From the NCBI GenBank assembly GCA_964187785.1, contig OZ076409.1:95730001-95794000 (forward strand): a stretch of DNA of 64,000 bases, written 5' to 3'. Of the stretch, positions 12,534 to 25,224 are shown piece after piece; within the stretch, counting starts at the first letter, position 1, and the number at the start of each line of letters is the position of its first letter. This DNA is from Amphiscolops sp. MND2022 (taxonomy: Eukaryota). A program made the translations under genes and the position numbers. The notes under the pieces are model-generated. The model saw only the letters and a program-made list of their open reading frames with translations, was not told where the DNA came from and ran no database searches.

Positions 12534-13191
12534 CATAAAGTCAAACAAATGGACATCCAAAACGGACGAGGAATTAGCGTAATCGCTCTTCAAGTCCTCG
12601 CCCTCATAAGCCAATTTTGGACACATTCAATCATTTATTGAACTTTTTTTCAGAAGTACGTATACACAATTCTCGCTTAGAACAGAATGGAATACAGTTG
12701 TTTGTTATCTAAAATATACAGAGAACCCAATTTGGTGATATAGGCCCGCATTTGGGTTGAACTCAATTTGCTTATGTCATTAGATTTCAAGTCCATCAAT
12801 TTCAACCAATTGTACGTTTTGCGTTAGGTATTTTAATAAAATTAATGATAATAATAATAATAATAATATTAATTGAATTTATCAGGGTTTACCCTATATA
12901 ATTTTTCAGAGTTTTCACATGTTATATGCTATTAATAACGATCTATAATAACAAATAAACACAAACATTAGTTCATTTTAGCCCCTGAAAAGCTTCCTAT
13001 GAGCACTGAGGATTTTCGAGAGAACCCCTTTCGATAATATTTTCTTTTGTTTTTTTTAATGTGGTGGAGATTTGACATTTATTATTTCGCTTCTATATGT
13101 CTAAACAAAAACAGTGAGAGCATAAACAGAAAACATTATGCTGCTTGTGAATGAGATCAATTTTCAAGTAATTTCGAGTATTTGTGTTCAG

Positions 13192-13367
13192 CTGGAGAGG
13201 CGACGAGGACGGAGAGTGGAGACAGTGAGGCTGATCAGAGCCAGGAACCCCTGGGGCGCCCGGGAGTGGAACGGGGCATGGAGCGATGAGTCAGAGGAAT
13301 GGAGGTCCATCTCGGAGAGGGAGAAACAGCAACTCAATCTAGTCTCCGACGAAGATGGAGAGTTTTG
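13192..13367 (+). CDS. Calpain exon with catalytic Asn (LIRARNPWG...EWNGAWSD...DGEFW)
   Basis: RNPWG and DGEFW motifs; TG|G split codon joins to the next exon. Confidence 0.95.
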
Positions 13368-13404
13368 GTCTGTAGTCAAAATAAACACATCAATGTTTTA
13401 TTAG

Positions 13405-13670
13405 GAGTGAGTCGGGATAATTTTCGACTACTTATGCATTTCTTACTTTTTTCGTTTTCGAATTTCTCAAAAACAGTCCTGATGATTTTTAATAAAATTG
13501 GGCACAGTCACTCTACACCCAAAAGTGCTCCACATGACATCAAAGTCGTAAGACTGGGATCTGAAAAACATAGCCAAAATTAGTCCAAAAAAGGCAATAA
13601 AGTACGTTATTTGTTTATCAATATTTTAATCCGTTTCCGACTCCTTTACCGCACATGCGGCTCTGGTTTA
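13405..13670 (+). mobile_element. Short copy of HINE family D (171-bp-repeat family)
   Basis: GAGTCGG...CCGACTCCTTTACCGCACATGCGGCTCTGGTTT; reverse of the termini at 53861 and 56528. Confidence 0.65.
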
Positions 13671-13842
13671 TAAATAGGTACCGCAGATACTCTATAGAAA
13701 CAGTAGCGATTATCAATGCTTGCATTGAAGATACTAAAGAAACATCGATGCTTCAACAGCACCACATCGATGATCCATCGATGTGAATGGCTGCAGTCTG
13801 ACAGGAACATGCATGATTCATTGATGTTCGGGGTGTTTGCAG

Positions 13843-14014
13843 GATGAGTTTCGAGGACTTCTGCCGGGAGTTCAAGAACGTGTCGATCTGTCATCAGCAG
13901 CCAGAGGAGGAAAAGAACGAACTGAGGCGAGAGAGTGTGAAGAAGAGGTGGTTCGTGGAACATCACGACAGTCAGTGGACCCAGGCATCCGCTGGGGGGT
14001 GTCGCAATTTCAAG
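13843..14014 (+). CDS. Calpain exon (MSFEDF...SAGGCRNFK)
   Basis: tttgcag|G ATG; calpain WMSFxDF and AGGCRN motifs. Confidence 0.95.
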
Positions 14015-14040
14015 GTCGCAACCTACACACAATTAGAAAG

Positions 14041-14538
14041 AACAAGACTGGAACGTTTAAAGTCGGCGCTATATCTAAGGCTCGAAAAGCGCAAACTTTT
14101 TAAAATAATAAAAGAGGGACCTTTTGGGCTTTTTGAAAATCCAGTTTGTCGCAAAATATCAAAAAAGGAGGGGGGCCTTTGGAGACATTTAAAAATTTCG
14201 AAAAAAAAGTCTCACAAAGCCGAAAGGGGCGGGAAAGTCTCATAGTGCCAAAAAATTGGAAAGGGGACCCTTTGTGCTTTTTGAAACTTCAGTTTGCTGC
14301 AAAATATCAAATAACTCAAAAGGACCCTATTGTCTTGTCCAGTTTTGTATCTTACGTTAAAAATGGAGTAAATGAAGGGAGCCCTTGGCGTTTTGACTAA
14401 TTTATATGCGTTTCCGGTTGCTGGTCTAGTAGTTTAGTAGTTCTGTGAAAAGTGTCCACTACGCATACATTCTGCTGTCTGACGAAAAAAAACTAATCAC
14501 CGTAATAGTCTTTTAAAGGAAAAGGCGCCGACTAAAAA
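14041..14538 (-). mobile_element. HINE family A copy
   Basis: Family termini; lies 26 nt downstream of a calpain donor site. Confidence 0.75.
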
Positions 14539-15683
14539 CGCGAAATTCCGAATTTAAAATGAAATAAACGTTTTCATTTATTTAAAAACGGCAGTGTAAA
14601 GCTGCTTGGTATAAATTTATAAAACAATTAGAGTAGTAGATTTAACAATCACAAAATAATCGTTTGAAATTATGAAGACATACTTAAGATTCATTAAAAA
14701 AAGGTTATCTTTCCAGCATTTCATTCTATGCACGGGATGTTCAGATTCCCTTTTGATTTGAGAGATGAAGTGATGCTTCAATTTTGTCTTGATAGTCTCG
14801 TAGGAGGTATTTTTAGATATGGATTCCGGTATGTTTTTCCACAGGACAATCGCTCCTATATCTACAATTCTATCACCACACTACAGTTGCGTTCTAAAAT
14901 ATCGCAACTCCATTGCCTAAAATTGCAAATATCAAATCCAAATACCTCTAAAACTGTCACAAATACAAAAAATTGTCTGCTACAAAAGTTTCTTAGAATT
15001 TTATCTAGTTCATAAAAATATTTGTTTGAAGTTTCTGTGCCAAAAATTACAAAAGTTAGAAACTGTAAATTTTGACAAAATTTCATCAAATTTGAACTTT
15101 TTGTTGAGTTTCACAAAGTTGAAAAAGTATTTTTGAAAAATTTTCAGTCAATCATTTGCCCTCAAATCTCCTGAGGATGCCGATATGAGTTGATCGAGAA
15201 AATTTTTCGTATTCAAATAAAAACCATCAATTTTCTGATTACAGTTCTTATAGCCTATCTTAATACATGTACTTCAGTGCTCATAGATACAAAAAGGGTA
15301 CAATTTTTATTTACGTATTTTTCCAACTCTTCTCCAGCATTTAGGGCGCTATAAGTAGCTATGATGCTTAATGGTAATGGGGAGGTATACAAAACTAGCT
15401 TCACTTCAAATCTTTAAAAGTTTCGCATTTTCTTTCGGTTCTGAATACTCGATTCCACTCAACAATCCTTATAATTCAAGCATGTTTTCTGCTGCTACAA
15501 AACTATTTTTATTATTTCATTCTTTAGGACACGGTAAGGTCGCCAATGCTAGCTGCTAACTAAAATTTTGAAACAAAATTAATTTTCTACTAAACAGTTT
15601 TCGCAATTTTTTTGTTTTAATTTCTGAAAAACTTCTCAATTAAATAAATTAAATATCGAAAACCTATTTCGAAAACTTTCCAG

Positions 15684-15839
15684 GACACGTTCACGAAGAA
15701 TCCGCAGTTCAGAGTGACTCTAGTTGATGTGGATGAGGAGGATGACGATGACTTATGTACCATGGTAGTGTCGCTGATGCAGAAAAAGTCTCGGGGCATA
15801 GGCATCGAGAAGAATTGCATAGGACTCGCCGTATACGCG
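15684..15839 (+). CDS. Calpain domain III (CBSW) exon (DTFTKNPQF...EEDDDD...SLMQK...IGLAVYA)
   Basis: NPQF motif, acidic loop and LMQK; 156 nt, in phase. Confidence 0.95.
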
Positions 15840-16736
15840 GTCAGTACAATACCCAGTGTTCGAAGCCATGGAACGCTTGACATGATCATTGTAAATCTTG
15901 CGAAAGCATGGTTAACCATGGTACCCTTGTCAAGATCATGGCAAGTCGTGATACATGGAACGCTTGTCAAGATCATGGCAAGATCATGGTAAGATCATGA
16001 CAAGATAACCATGGTAAGACAGGTAAGCTGCTTTTACTGAGATAATTTATTCTTTTCACAAAAATTTCTTGTTCTCTCCAATTACTTACTGAATTAGCAG
16101 CCGTTGTGATAACTTCAGACATAACCTTTACTTAACGAAGTTTTTTAAACTGAAAAGTACCCAAAAATTCTCAATAATTTGCACCTATTGACCTAGTTTT
16201 GGTACATGAGAGCACGGCATTGTTACAACTATCATAATTTATCATACAAAGCAAGTAAAAACTGGGCCTTTACACTTAAAAAAAAAGAAATATTTGTCTT
16301 TTTTCCTTCCAGTAAACAAGTTTTTCTTTCCAGCTTCAATCTAATTGGTTGAACAAATTAACCGAAGTCGGTTATATAATAAGTCGGTCGGTTTCGGTTA
16401 TTGACAACTTCGGTCGGTTAATCGAGTTCGGTCGGGCCCTATATAGCACACATAACAATGAGCCTCATTATGTGATTATGTTCGATTTAACTGTTTTTTT
16501 GTGACTCAAAACAGGAAGCTGTTGATGTCCTAATCAAAAGTGTGTGAATTCATAAGAAGAAAAAGTGTGAATAAAGTTTGTATCTGAATTCTAAATAATC
16601 ATCTTGACAATGAAATTGAAGGTTTCTGAATTAGTTTCAAGTATTTTTTTCCAATATTTTCACCAAATTTTGAAAAAAAATGTATGGTGGTGGGGGAACA
16701 GAAAAAAGACGAATTGATTGATTGGTGACATCATAG

Positions 16737-16948
16737 GTGGACAACGACGCGCCCTCGGAGCTAGATCTGGACTACGTGCTGTACCACAAGCAGGTGGCCA
16801 GAAGCAAGAGCTTCACCGACTCCCGGGAAATAGTGCTCAGGGCCAGATTGCCCCCCGGGGAGTATTGCATCATCCCGTCGACCCACGAGCCCAACAAATA
16901 CGGACAGTTCCTCCTCCGCATATACACCGAGCAGGCCGTCACTTCCAA
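16737..16948 (+). CDS. Calpain domain III exon (REIVLRARLPPGEYCIIPSTHEPNKYGQFLLRIYTE)
   Basis: LPPGEYxIIPSTxEP...FLLRIxTE motif. Confidence 0.95.
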
Positions 16949-18305
16949 GTATGCCCACTGGGCAGGGTTTTGACATCGATAATTTCTAATCGCTTAACCG
17001 CTTTTTTCAAATTCGCTTTTTCGCTTAAACGTTCTTCTTCGAACGATGAAATGTTTTAAAATTAAATGATAACTTGATTTAGTTTTTACAAGAGAAAAGA
17101 CTGGAATTTTCAATACTGTTTGGGTTTTACAAAGGTAAGAATTGGAATTTTTGAAATTTTTGAAATTTTTGAAACCCTGTGTGAAATTTTGAGGAAGTTT
17201 TGATTTTGGAGAATCAATTCGTTGCCGCTAATACGTAATGAGATTGACAGAGATTAGTACTAGATGAACCAAAAAACGGAACACACAAAATATTCACTCT
17301 TCAAACTCGTAATATTTGCACACAAGATACTGAAAATCTTTCACTTTCTCTGTCAATCATTCATTACGTAATCAAATCTTCAACAAAGAATGATTCGAAC
17401 CTTCAGAAAAGTCTAGACGTCTCTACCAGTAATTACTTTTTAGGTTGCAAGTCACTTGGCTTTTTCATTGAGCCAAGTCAATTCTAACTCAAGTAATGGC
17501 TAAAAACAACTTATCAAAACTAAAGACCAAAACTGAATTGAATTTTCAACGAAATGTTTAAGAAACAAAAAATGTTACGAGATCTTTAGAATATTTGTTG
17601 TATGGCTCGGTCGTTTCGCTCCCTTCGCCAAGTAACAACATTAAGGCATGGCCATATTGCACGTCACTCCGCTTTGCTTCGCTTCACTCTTGCATTTAGG
17701 GCACTAGGGGTATGTGAACATAGCTGTGTTATAATAATAATTTCGACAAATCTGCCACGCGTTTTCAACTTAGTGATTGAAAGCCAGCCAAATGGTTTTA
17801 AGCCAAGTGAGTCCTTTACCCGAGACGTTTGGCTCTAAAAATATTAAGCCAAGTGACCAAATGTATTAGGTCAGATGAATTTAAGCCAAGTGATCATTTA
17901 CCACTTTTTCACACTTTTCATGTGTGAAAATTTATTTGCATAGAACCAAAAATGTCAAATTGAATGAGTGACAAGCTGGATTGCAATGTTCACACTTGTT
18001 TCGAAACATTTGTGGACAACATTTTAGGCTTTGAGAGCTCAAAAACTTTAATGCGTTCCGTTTTTTATGGTTCACTTAGTACAACATCAATTTTTCATGA
18101 CATATTGGTTAATACAGAAACATTTCTAGAAAAAGATCATAAACCTAAAGATGTTATGTGAGTTTTTGAAAAATGAAAATTTTGAAGATTTGCGGCCGAA
18201 TGGGAAGCTGTTGCTTCAGTAGAGCCAGTTGTCCAAACGTTATACATTATCAAGTATACACCTTTGCCAGTAAGGATTTTTGGGTAAAAATTTGTTTCCT
18301 TTCAG

Positions 18306-18345
18306 GGAATGTGATGACGAAACTGGAGGAGAAATCAACTACCAT
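18306..18345 (+). CDS. Calpain linker exon ([K]ECDDETGGEINYH)
   Basis: tttcag|G completes the phase-2 AA|G codon; the ExDD linker resembles classical calpains; |gttagc donor. Confidence 0.75.
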
Positions 18346-18397
18346 GTTAGCTCTTTCACTAATTCCGAAATTTCACAAGCTGGTACGTCATAATAAG

Positions 18398-18893
18398 ACA
18401 CAGAGGCGAAGCCGTGCTTCGCAAACACTTGCGAAGAAAGTTGCGAACTTTTGAAGAAACCCAAAAAAGCAATATCATAAGAAGAGCCAAAGGTAAAAGG
18501 ACATTGTTAAAATTTCATCAATTTTACGCCAAAAATCCCGATGGGATACCCATAAATCTCGAAAACAATTCTTCTCCAACTGGAAACAACAGAAAACCCC
18601 ATCTTTCTCAACCGGAAACATTATTTTAAAAAAACAGAAAAATAAGGACAAAAATTTTTTGAATTTTTTTTGAAGAAGGTCTCCGGTAAGTCGCATAGTG
18701 CCGAAAACCTTGAGCAGTCCTTTATGCTAGCACAACGTTTCATTTTAAGTAAAAGTTGAGGGGGGGCTTCGATGAAAACAAATTAGAAAAAAAAGTCTAG
18801 AAAAATTAGACTTGCGGTCTGAAACGAGAGAGTTGTCGCGCGGAAAAAAAAGCACCCGCACTTTCCCATAACACTTGCTTCTCGCAAGTGTAA
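18398..18893 (-). mobile_element. HINE-like element related at its hairpin end to family C
   Basis: ACACAGAGGCGAAGCCGTGCTTCGC hairpin; subTIR ACACTTGCGA/TCGCAAGTGT. Confidence 0.6.
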
Positions 18894-19165
18894 TGATATC
18901 AGCAGATCAATTTAGACCCATTTTAAGAATTTAACAAAGATAGTAACAGGTTCGATTCCATCCATTTTCCGATTTGTTTTTTTGAAAAACGAGTGTGCGT
19001 CCGTCCATTCAAACCCTATTTTCAATTCATAGGCTAGGATTCAAAACAGGCATTAAAATACATCTTTTCTTACGGATTAGGGTTGAATAAACTAACATCC
19101 CCACATATCTCGTTAAATGAAACCACACGACTAACTTTACAAGTTTCATAAAGTTTTTGTTTCAG

Positions 19166-19171
19166 GATTAC
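19166..19171 (+). CDS. Candidate 6-nt calpain microexon (GAT TAC = DY)
   Basis: GACTAAC branch site, tttttgtttcag acceptor, perfect GTAAGT donor; phase 0-0. Confidence 0.5.
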
Positions 19172-19590
19172 GTAAGTACAGAGCATGTTACGAAATCGAT
19201 TTTGCTCGCTGACTGTCGTCGTCGAATGAAAAGCGAATGTGTGATTAGGATTTCACCAACGAGCAACTCTCGACAGCCGAGATGATGGCCGATAAGTTCG
19301 ACGACTTGGCAGGACCCGACAAGCGTTGTGACGTGTTCGAAATGAAACAAGTACTCGACGAATACGCCCGAGTAAATGGTAAATGCAATTACATTGGATG
19401 CATTCGCTACCCGTACTGACAACCCCTTGTAACCCACCACTGGTCATCGAAAGACCACTGATGGGCACCGGTTATGGAAAATTGGGATATGTGGTGGCCT
19501 TCCCATCGGTGGAAACTCGAAAGTTTTGAAAATGAAAACTTTGTTCAAAATTTTGTTACAACTGAAAGATGCTACACGAAATACCTTTAG

Positions 19591-19650
19591 ACGTCGTTCG
19601 CGCCCCTAATGCATCAAAGCCAAACGAAGATGAAAAAATTATCGGGACCG
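19591..19650 (+). CDS. Candidate calpain exon leading into the PEF domain (TSFAPLMHQSQTKMKKLSGP)
   Basis: ctttag| acceptor; KKLSG aligns with FxxLAG at the known calpain exon end; donor is weak (gttctg). Confidence 0.5.
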
Positions 19651-22344
19651 GTTCTGAAGTATCTGTAAACTGTTTGCAGTTACAGATCATATCCGAAAGA
19701 ACATTTCCCATGGTTATCCAGCGAGATTAGATCTTATTCCAGTGAGTTTTCGGTAATTTTAGACTTATACCACTGGGTTTTTCAGTGATTTTAGATTTTA
19801 TTCCAGTGGTTTTTCCAGTAATAACCCATTTTGTGATGGCCCACCGGTGGGGATGCGATGGGAAGTGCGGTGGCCACTAGTGGGTTGCCCTGGGTTGTCA
19901 ATAGGGGTATTCACTTGCGTTATCTAAATATTTTGACGCTCGAGAAAATGCACCCGCTTTCGCGTAACAATAGAATAATCGTTAGCTAATTGAATTTCAC
20001 CGTTAAACTAAATTGTATTCGCGAATATCGAACCTTACAGAATGATCCAAGTTTTCAATTTCGTGTGGCTTCAAGTGTTGAAAGTGTGAATGAAAATCCA
20101 TTAAACTCCCTGAATCAATTTCCCGGCACAGCTTAAGAAAACTAAAAACCAAAGAAAAAATGTGTAACTTTGATTGATAGGCAACAATTAATTTTCTGTC
20201 TCGGATATCAAGAGATTTTAAATATCTTTGACCAATAGTTTTGGGTTAGTCTTTCAATTTTATTCATGTATTCATATACCTATATTCCCTATAAATGGGG
20301 GGGTTTAATTAAATAAAAAATTTTACCTTTAATTGGAAGCTTAACAGAAAAAAGGTTGTTTTTGGAATTTTAGCCAAAACTTTTGTAGTTACTACCAATT
20401 TCTCTCTCCAGTTGTTGCTCTTTGGGCTCACGATTATCAACTCACGAAAAACCAGATTGCTATGATTCAATTGAGTACAAAATTGATAGTTATAAAATCC
20501 AATCTAATACGTTAACTAAATACAATCGACAGTTCCCAATAATGGGTACGACGAACACAATCGAATTCGCGGTTAGGCACAATCCGTACGTTAGGCACAA
20601 CTGAATGTTGATGAAGCTCCGATTTCAATTGAGTCAAAAGTCCCGGACTTGTCAGCAAACCCACTCTGAGCTCGCGACAACGCAACTGCTGGACTGTGGA
20701 GATACCAGGTCGGGTGCTCCGAGTCGAAAGTTGAGTTAACCTTCCAGAATATGCATGCCACATTTCAGCGCGGTCGGAAAACTGCTTCTCAAAAAAGAGA
20801 GGGTGATCTTTGTTCTACACACATCTCCTTTTCGTACGAATGTAAAACTTTCGAGCGAATGAAAAGTGAAATTTGCTCGAAGAGCTCAACTCTGTCTAAA
20901 CCGATTCGAAGAATTACAACGGTGACGTGTTGAAGAGTTTCGTCTACTAAATAAACAGAGTTTACTAAATAAACTACGAGTTTGCCAAATAAAGCTTAAC
21001 AAAACACGTTACAATCAGCCTTTTCTGCTGCTTTTTCTCAATCCGCGAGTATAGAAACGTAATCAACATATAGTTTTGTCTATCATGAGGGTTTCGCGGC
21101 AAAACAATGAAATTTTTTTACGAAATGTCAAAAATATAAAAAAAATCCACAGTAGCCAACAAACAATCAATCTTCCAGAAAAACAATTTGAAACGTGAAT
21201 CCGTTTCGATGCCTTTTTGGATTTTTTAACAACGCAGTTTCTTCAACAAAACTGTGCTTCAAGTATTGTTACTATACCCGATATCTTTTTGTTGGACCCT
21301 CGGAATCTTCATATTTATGGAAACATCCAAAAGTTGTGCAAAAATTACCGGAAGTCAAAATATTTGGAAAATTTCGGCGGTTTTGGCCAATTCCGAGGCA
21401 TTCCTTTTGCAAATAGTTTCGAAAAATTTCTAACATATATACAAATACATATATATTTTGGGTTAATTTGGAACATGAAAATTTGAAAAAACGTCGCTGA
21501 GTTTAAAATTTTTGTTCCCACATGAAGTGTCAGGTTCCATTTCCACATCGACAATCTCCGTTGAAATGAAGCTGATTACCAATACCAGTTCGGTATCATT
21601 ACCACAAGTCTTTTCTCCTGAGGCCGAGAATTATCAAAGCATGTGTCATTCAATAACGACGAGACGAGCCCTTGATAATCTAAACTTGAAAGTAGAAAGA
21701 GGCCAATGGCAATCAGATTTGGAACCAAGCACGTGATTAAATGTTGCCGGGCCGGGCGAGCATATAGCCGGTCTTTTTCGAGCCCAATTTTTTCACACCG
21801 GGTATAACAATTTGGAAAAGAAATCGAAAATTTATACATGAAACTGGGCGAGCTTTTAGTCAAGCGGGTCGAGCAGCTCGTAGAGCCCAGATGTCTGCCA
21901 GAAAACTGTCTGATGTTGAATTTTTGAATTCTGTTGTAAAAAATGGGATTTTTGAATTCTCATCATGCTTATACCTGATAATCATTCACAATTTACGTTC
22001 GGGTATCAAATTCGTTTTTAGTCAGTTACGTCGGGTAATAAAAATGTTCAAAAACATTGGGTCGTGTTAGGATTTCCGAAACGGGCTCGGGCCGGGCTTC
22101 GGGTAGAGAATTATGACCCAGTTCCAACCCGGTTCATGGCAATTCAAAGTCCGTGTTTTGAAAGGTGTGAAACTGTGAACTGAAATGCTGCTTGCTTTTC
22201 ACTACGTCTGACTTTTTCTAGTAGACTTCAATTATCGCGACAAAATGTAAACCACTTTGCTAATTTAATTTTCAAGTTCGCACGTTAGGTCGGTCATGTG
22301 ATTTTTCTTTGATGAGGGTTATTTCGACAAAATTGAACCTGTAG

Positions 22345-22472
22345 GAAAGAGCCAAGAAGACTACAGCCTGGAAACATGTCGCAATCTAATGTGCATGTTC
22401 GACACAGACGCCTCGGGGTCCCTGGATAACCTGGAGTTCATCCAGATGTGGAAGTTCATCTGTCAGATCCAG
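22345..22472 (+). CDS. Calpain PEF exon (YSLETCRNLMCMFDTDASGSLDNLEFIQMW)
   Basis: FSLETCR-like motif and EF-hand DxDxSGxL...EF. Confidence 0.95.
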
Positions 22473-23035
22473 GTCAGTCAGTCAGCAGCAGGCATGATGC
22501 ATCCATGTATCATCACATGCTCTTATAAAATTAAGTCTTTTTTCTCGACAAGCACAAATCTTACTTCAAAAGCTTCCCTATTTGCAAGTTGTCGAAGTAA
22601 TATTTTGGACCATGTGTCTTGTTACCCACCCCAAGCCGTCGTGGGGAAGAAATAAGAAACCATTATGGTTCAAATACCAGTATGTCGACATCGTTTGCGT
22701 TGAAATTTTGGACAAATGAAATAATTGATGTCGACTTAATCCTCTTTTACACTAATTCACAGTTGAAAGTTGCTCATTTTAATTTATGGCGAAGAAAATA
22801 GAGGCTTTCACATACAATTTTAGCTCGTTCCAGAAGTGAATTTTAGCTTTTTTGTCAAAATTATCAAAACAAAATTCGGATAATTTTTTGCTTCAAGTGT
22901 CGAAGCTACTATACAGACAATCTTTCAAGTATTTAGTCATATCAATTTCATTCGCCCAAGAAATTTTTTTTGTGTTGGCGGGGGGAATAAGAAACATGAA
23001 GACTTTTGCTCAAATATCGCCCATGCTGTTTGCAG

Positions 23036-23114
23036 AAAACGTTTTTGAAATACGATGAAGACAATTCGGGGACACTGAGTGCTTTCGAGTTAAGGGGAGC
23101 CATCAAGAGTTTGG
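23036..23114 (+). CDS. Calpain PEF exon (KTFLKYDEDNSGTLSAFELRGAIKSLG)
   Basis: EF-hand; 79-nt exon with canonical splice sites. Confidence 0.95.
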
Positions 23115-23522
23115 GTAGGTTCATATTTCACATTTATTCTGCTTGTGCTTCATATTACGAGTACTTCGTTGAACTGCACCAAAAGTTGAATCCTGCACTT
23201 TTTTGAGAAACCTTTCTGGTTGCACCTATTTAATGAATCCATAGACCGATTAACAAGACTTTTATTTGCAAGAGTTTCAAACCCAAGATAGAGTTATGTT
23301 TTAAAGCATAAAAATCGTATTATCAAATTCAAAAAATATATTCACTTCTCTATCTAGATGTTTTTTCATCTCCACAAAACCTCACATATTTGCTAGCTCA
23401 ATGGAACCTCGGCTTCAAGTTGATTTTTTTGATCTGTAGGGTTTACCTATGACACGAAACTCGGGTTTCACACGAAGATAGCTAAGTTTCATGTTTACCA
23501 ACATACTATATTTTTGTTGAAG

Positions 23523-23639
23523 GTGCTTCTTTGAGCCACAAAATAATTGGGAAGCTGGTTTTGAGATACGCCGGCAAAGATGGATGCATATCCTTCAATG
23601 ACTTCCTCTCCATCTCCGCCAAGGTCTCTAGCTGTCTCG
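23523..23639 (+). CDS. Calpain PEF exon (KIIGKLVLRYAGKDGCISFNDFL)
   Basis: 117-nt phase 1-1 exon; RYA..DG.I.F.DF motif. Confidence 0.92.
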
Positions 23640-24094
23640 GTAAGAATCATACATGTTGCAGTCAAAACATCCAAAGATAGCCTGCGCGATGCAAGTATAA
23701 CAAGTTACATTGCTCGATCGTGAACGATAATTTGGGGAATCCACGAAATGGCCGATTCTTAGGCATAACAAAATGGTCGAATTATTGAACCAAAAAGCTG
23801 TCGATGATGGAATTGTAGCGAAAATGCCAATTTTTGAAGCGCACCGAAAGTGCTCAACACCTACGGAGACACATATAGGGCTCTACGTGCGCGAACGAAG
23901 CGGAGCGACGTGCCACTACTTGACTAGCGGCTGGTTTTGACGACGGCTGACCTGGAGAGGCGCAAAGCGCTCCGGTAGGAGGAAAGCCAAATCATGCATG
24001 TTTTAGCGACGCCAAGTTCAAAGAAAAATGCTTGGGATGATCAACGCGATGAAATGATGCTTTTTTCAAATTCGTCAGTTCGTTGTTACATTTG

Positions 24095-24909
24095 ACAAGC
24101 CGGAACCGGTCCAAGTCGGCGCCATATTCAGCCCTCAAAAATAGCAAAAGGACTTCCAAGTGTCAATTTACAGTACTCGAAAATCGAAAAACCAAATAAA
24201 GTGGGCCGACTGGCGCGCCGGGGCCCGCTAGCGCGAGCCCCTGGCGCTCTAAATGGGGGACACTTCTGAAATTGTCAACATTTTTGTCGCAGTTGAAGCG
24301 GGACCCTTTGGCGAAAAAACAAATTTTCGAAAAAAAGTCTCACAATGCCGAAAAACTGAAAGGGGGACCCTTCGGGATTTTTAAATACCCATTCTGTTGT
24401 AAAATATCAAAGAAATTGAAGGGGGGACCCTTTGGAGAGATAAAAAAATTTTAGAAAAAAAGTCTCACAATGCCGAAAAACTGAAAGCGGGGACCCTTTG
24501 GGGTTTTTCAACATCCATTCTGTCGCAAAACATCAAAAAATTGAGGGGGAAAATTTTTATTTTCGGAAAATCTCACAATGCCGAAAAAACCGAAAGGGGG
24601 CCCTTTGGGATTTTTCAACATCCATTCTGTCGCAAAACAGCAAAAAAATTGAAGGGGGACCCTTTGGAGAAAAAAAATTCCGAAAACGTCTCGCAGTGCC
24701 AAAAAAATTGAAAGGGGGGACCCTTTGGTCTCGCCCGGTATGGTATGTTACACAGAAAAACCTTTTTGGTTCAGTTCGCTAGGCCGAATGGTGCAATATG
24801 GTGCAATAATATTTTGTAGAACTTTTAAGAACTATTTTGGTCAGTTCGTGTGAATAGAAAAAAGTCACTATAATAGTCGCGTTTCACTTCATGATGCGCT
24901 GACTAAAAA
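24095..24909 (-). mobile_element. HINE family A copy with an expanded internal tandem array
   Basis: Family termini; repeated AAGTCTCACAATGCCGAAAA...GGGGGACCCTT units. Confidence 0.75.
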
Positions 24910-25224
24910 TCGACTATTTTATTGCGTTTTTAAAATTAACCATTACGTTACACTTCAGAAATCAGCCCTTTTGCTATGTTAAAAATCGGACATTTATCGA
25001 TGCCTCCGTTTATTTAACATTAAGCAATTCATCCCTTACAATGTATTATTCGTTGTATGTATGGTAGGAAAATATTGTCTAAGCTATGGGTGCGCTTTTG
25101 GCAAAGGTTTTTGGAAGTTCAATCTTCAAACTTGACCAAACTATTTGACAAAATTGCACAAAAGATGTATTTCTGAAACCAAAATATGTAAGTTATTTTC
25201 ACTAACCCTCAAGAGATAAGGTAC

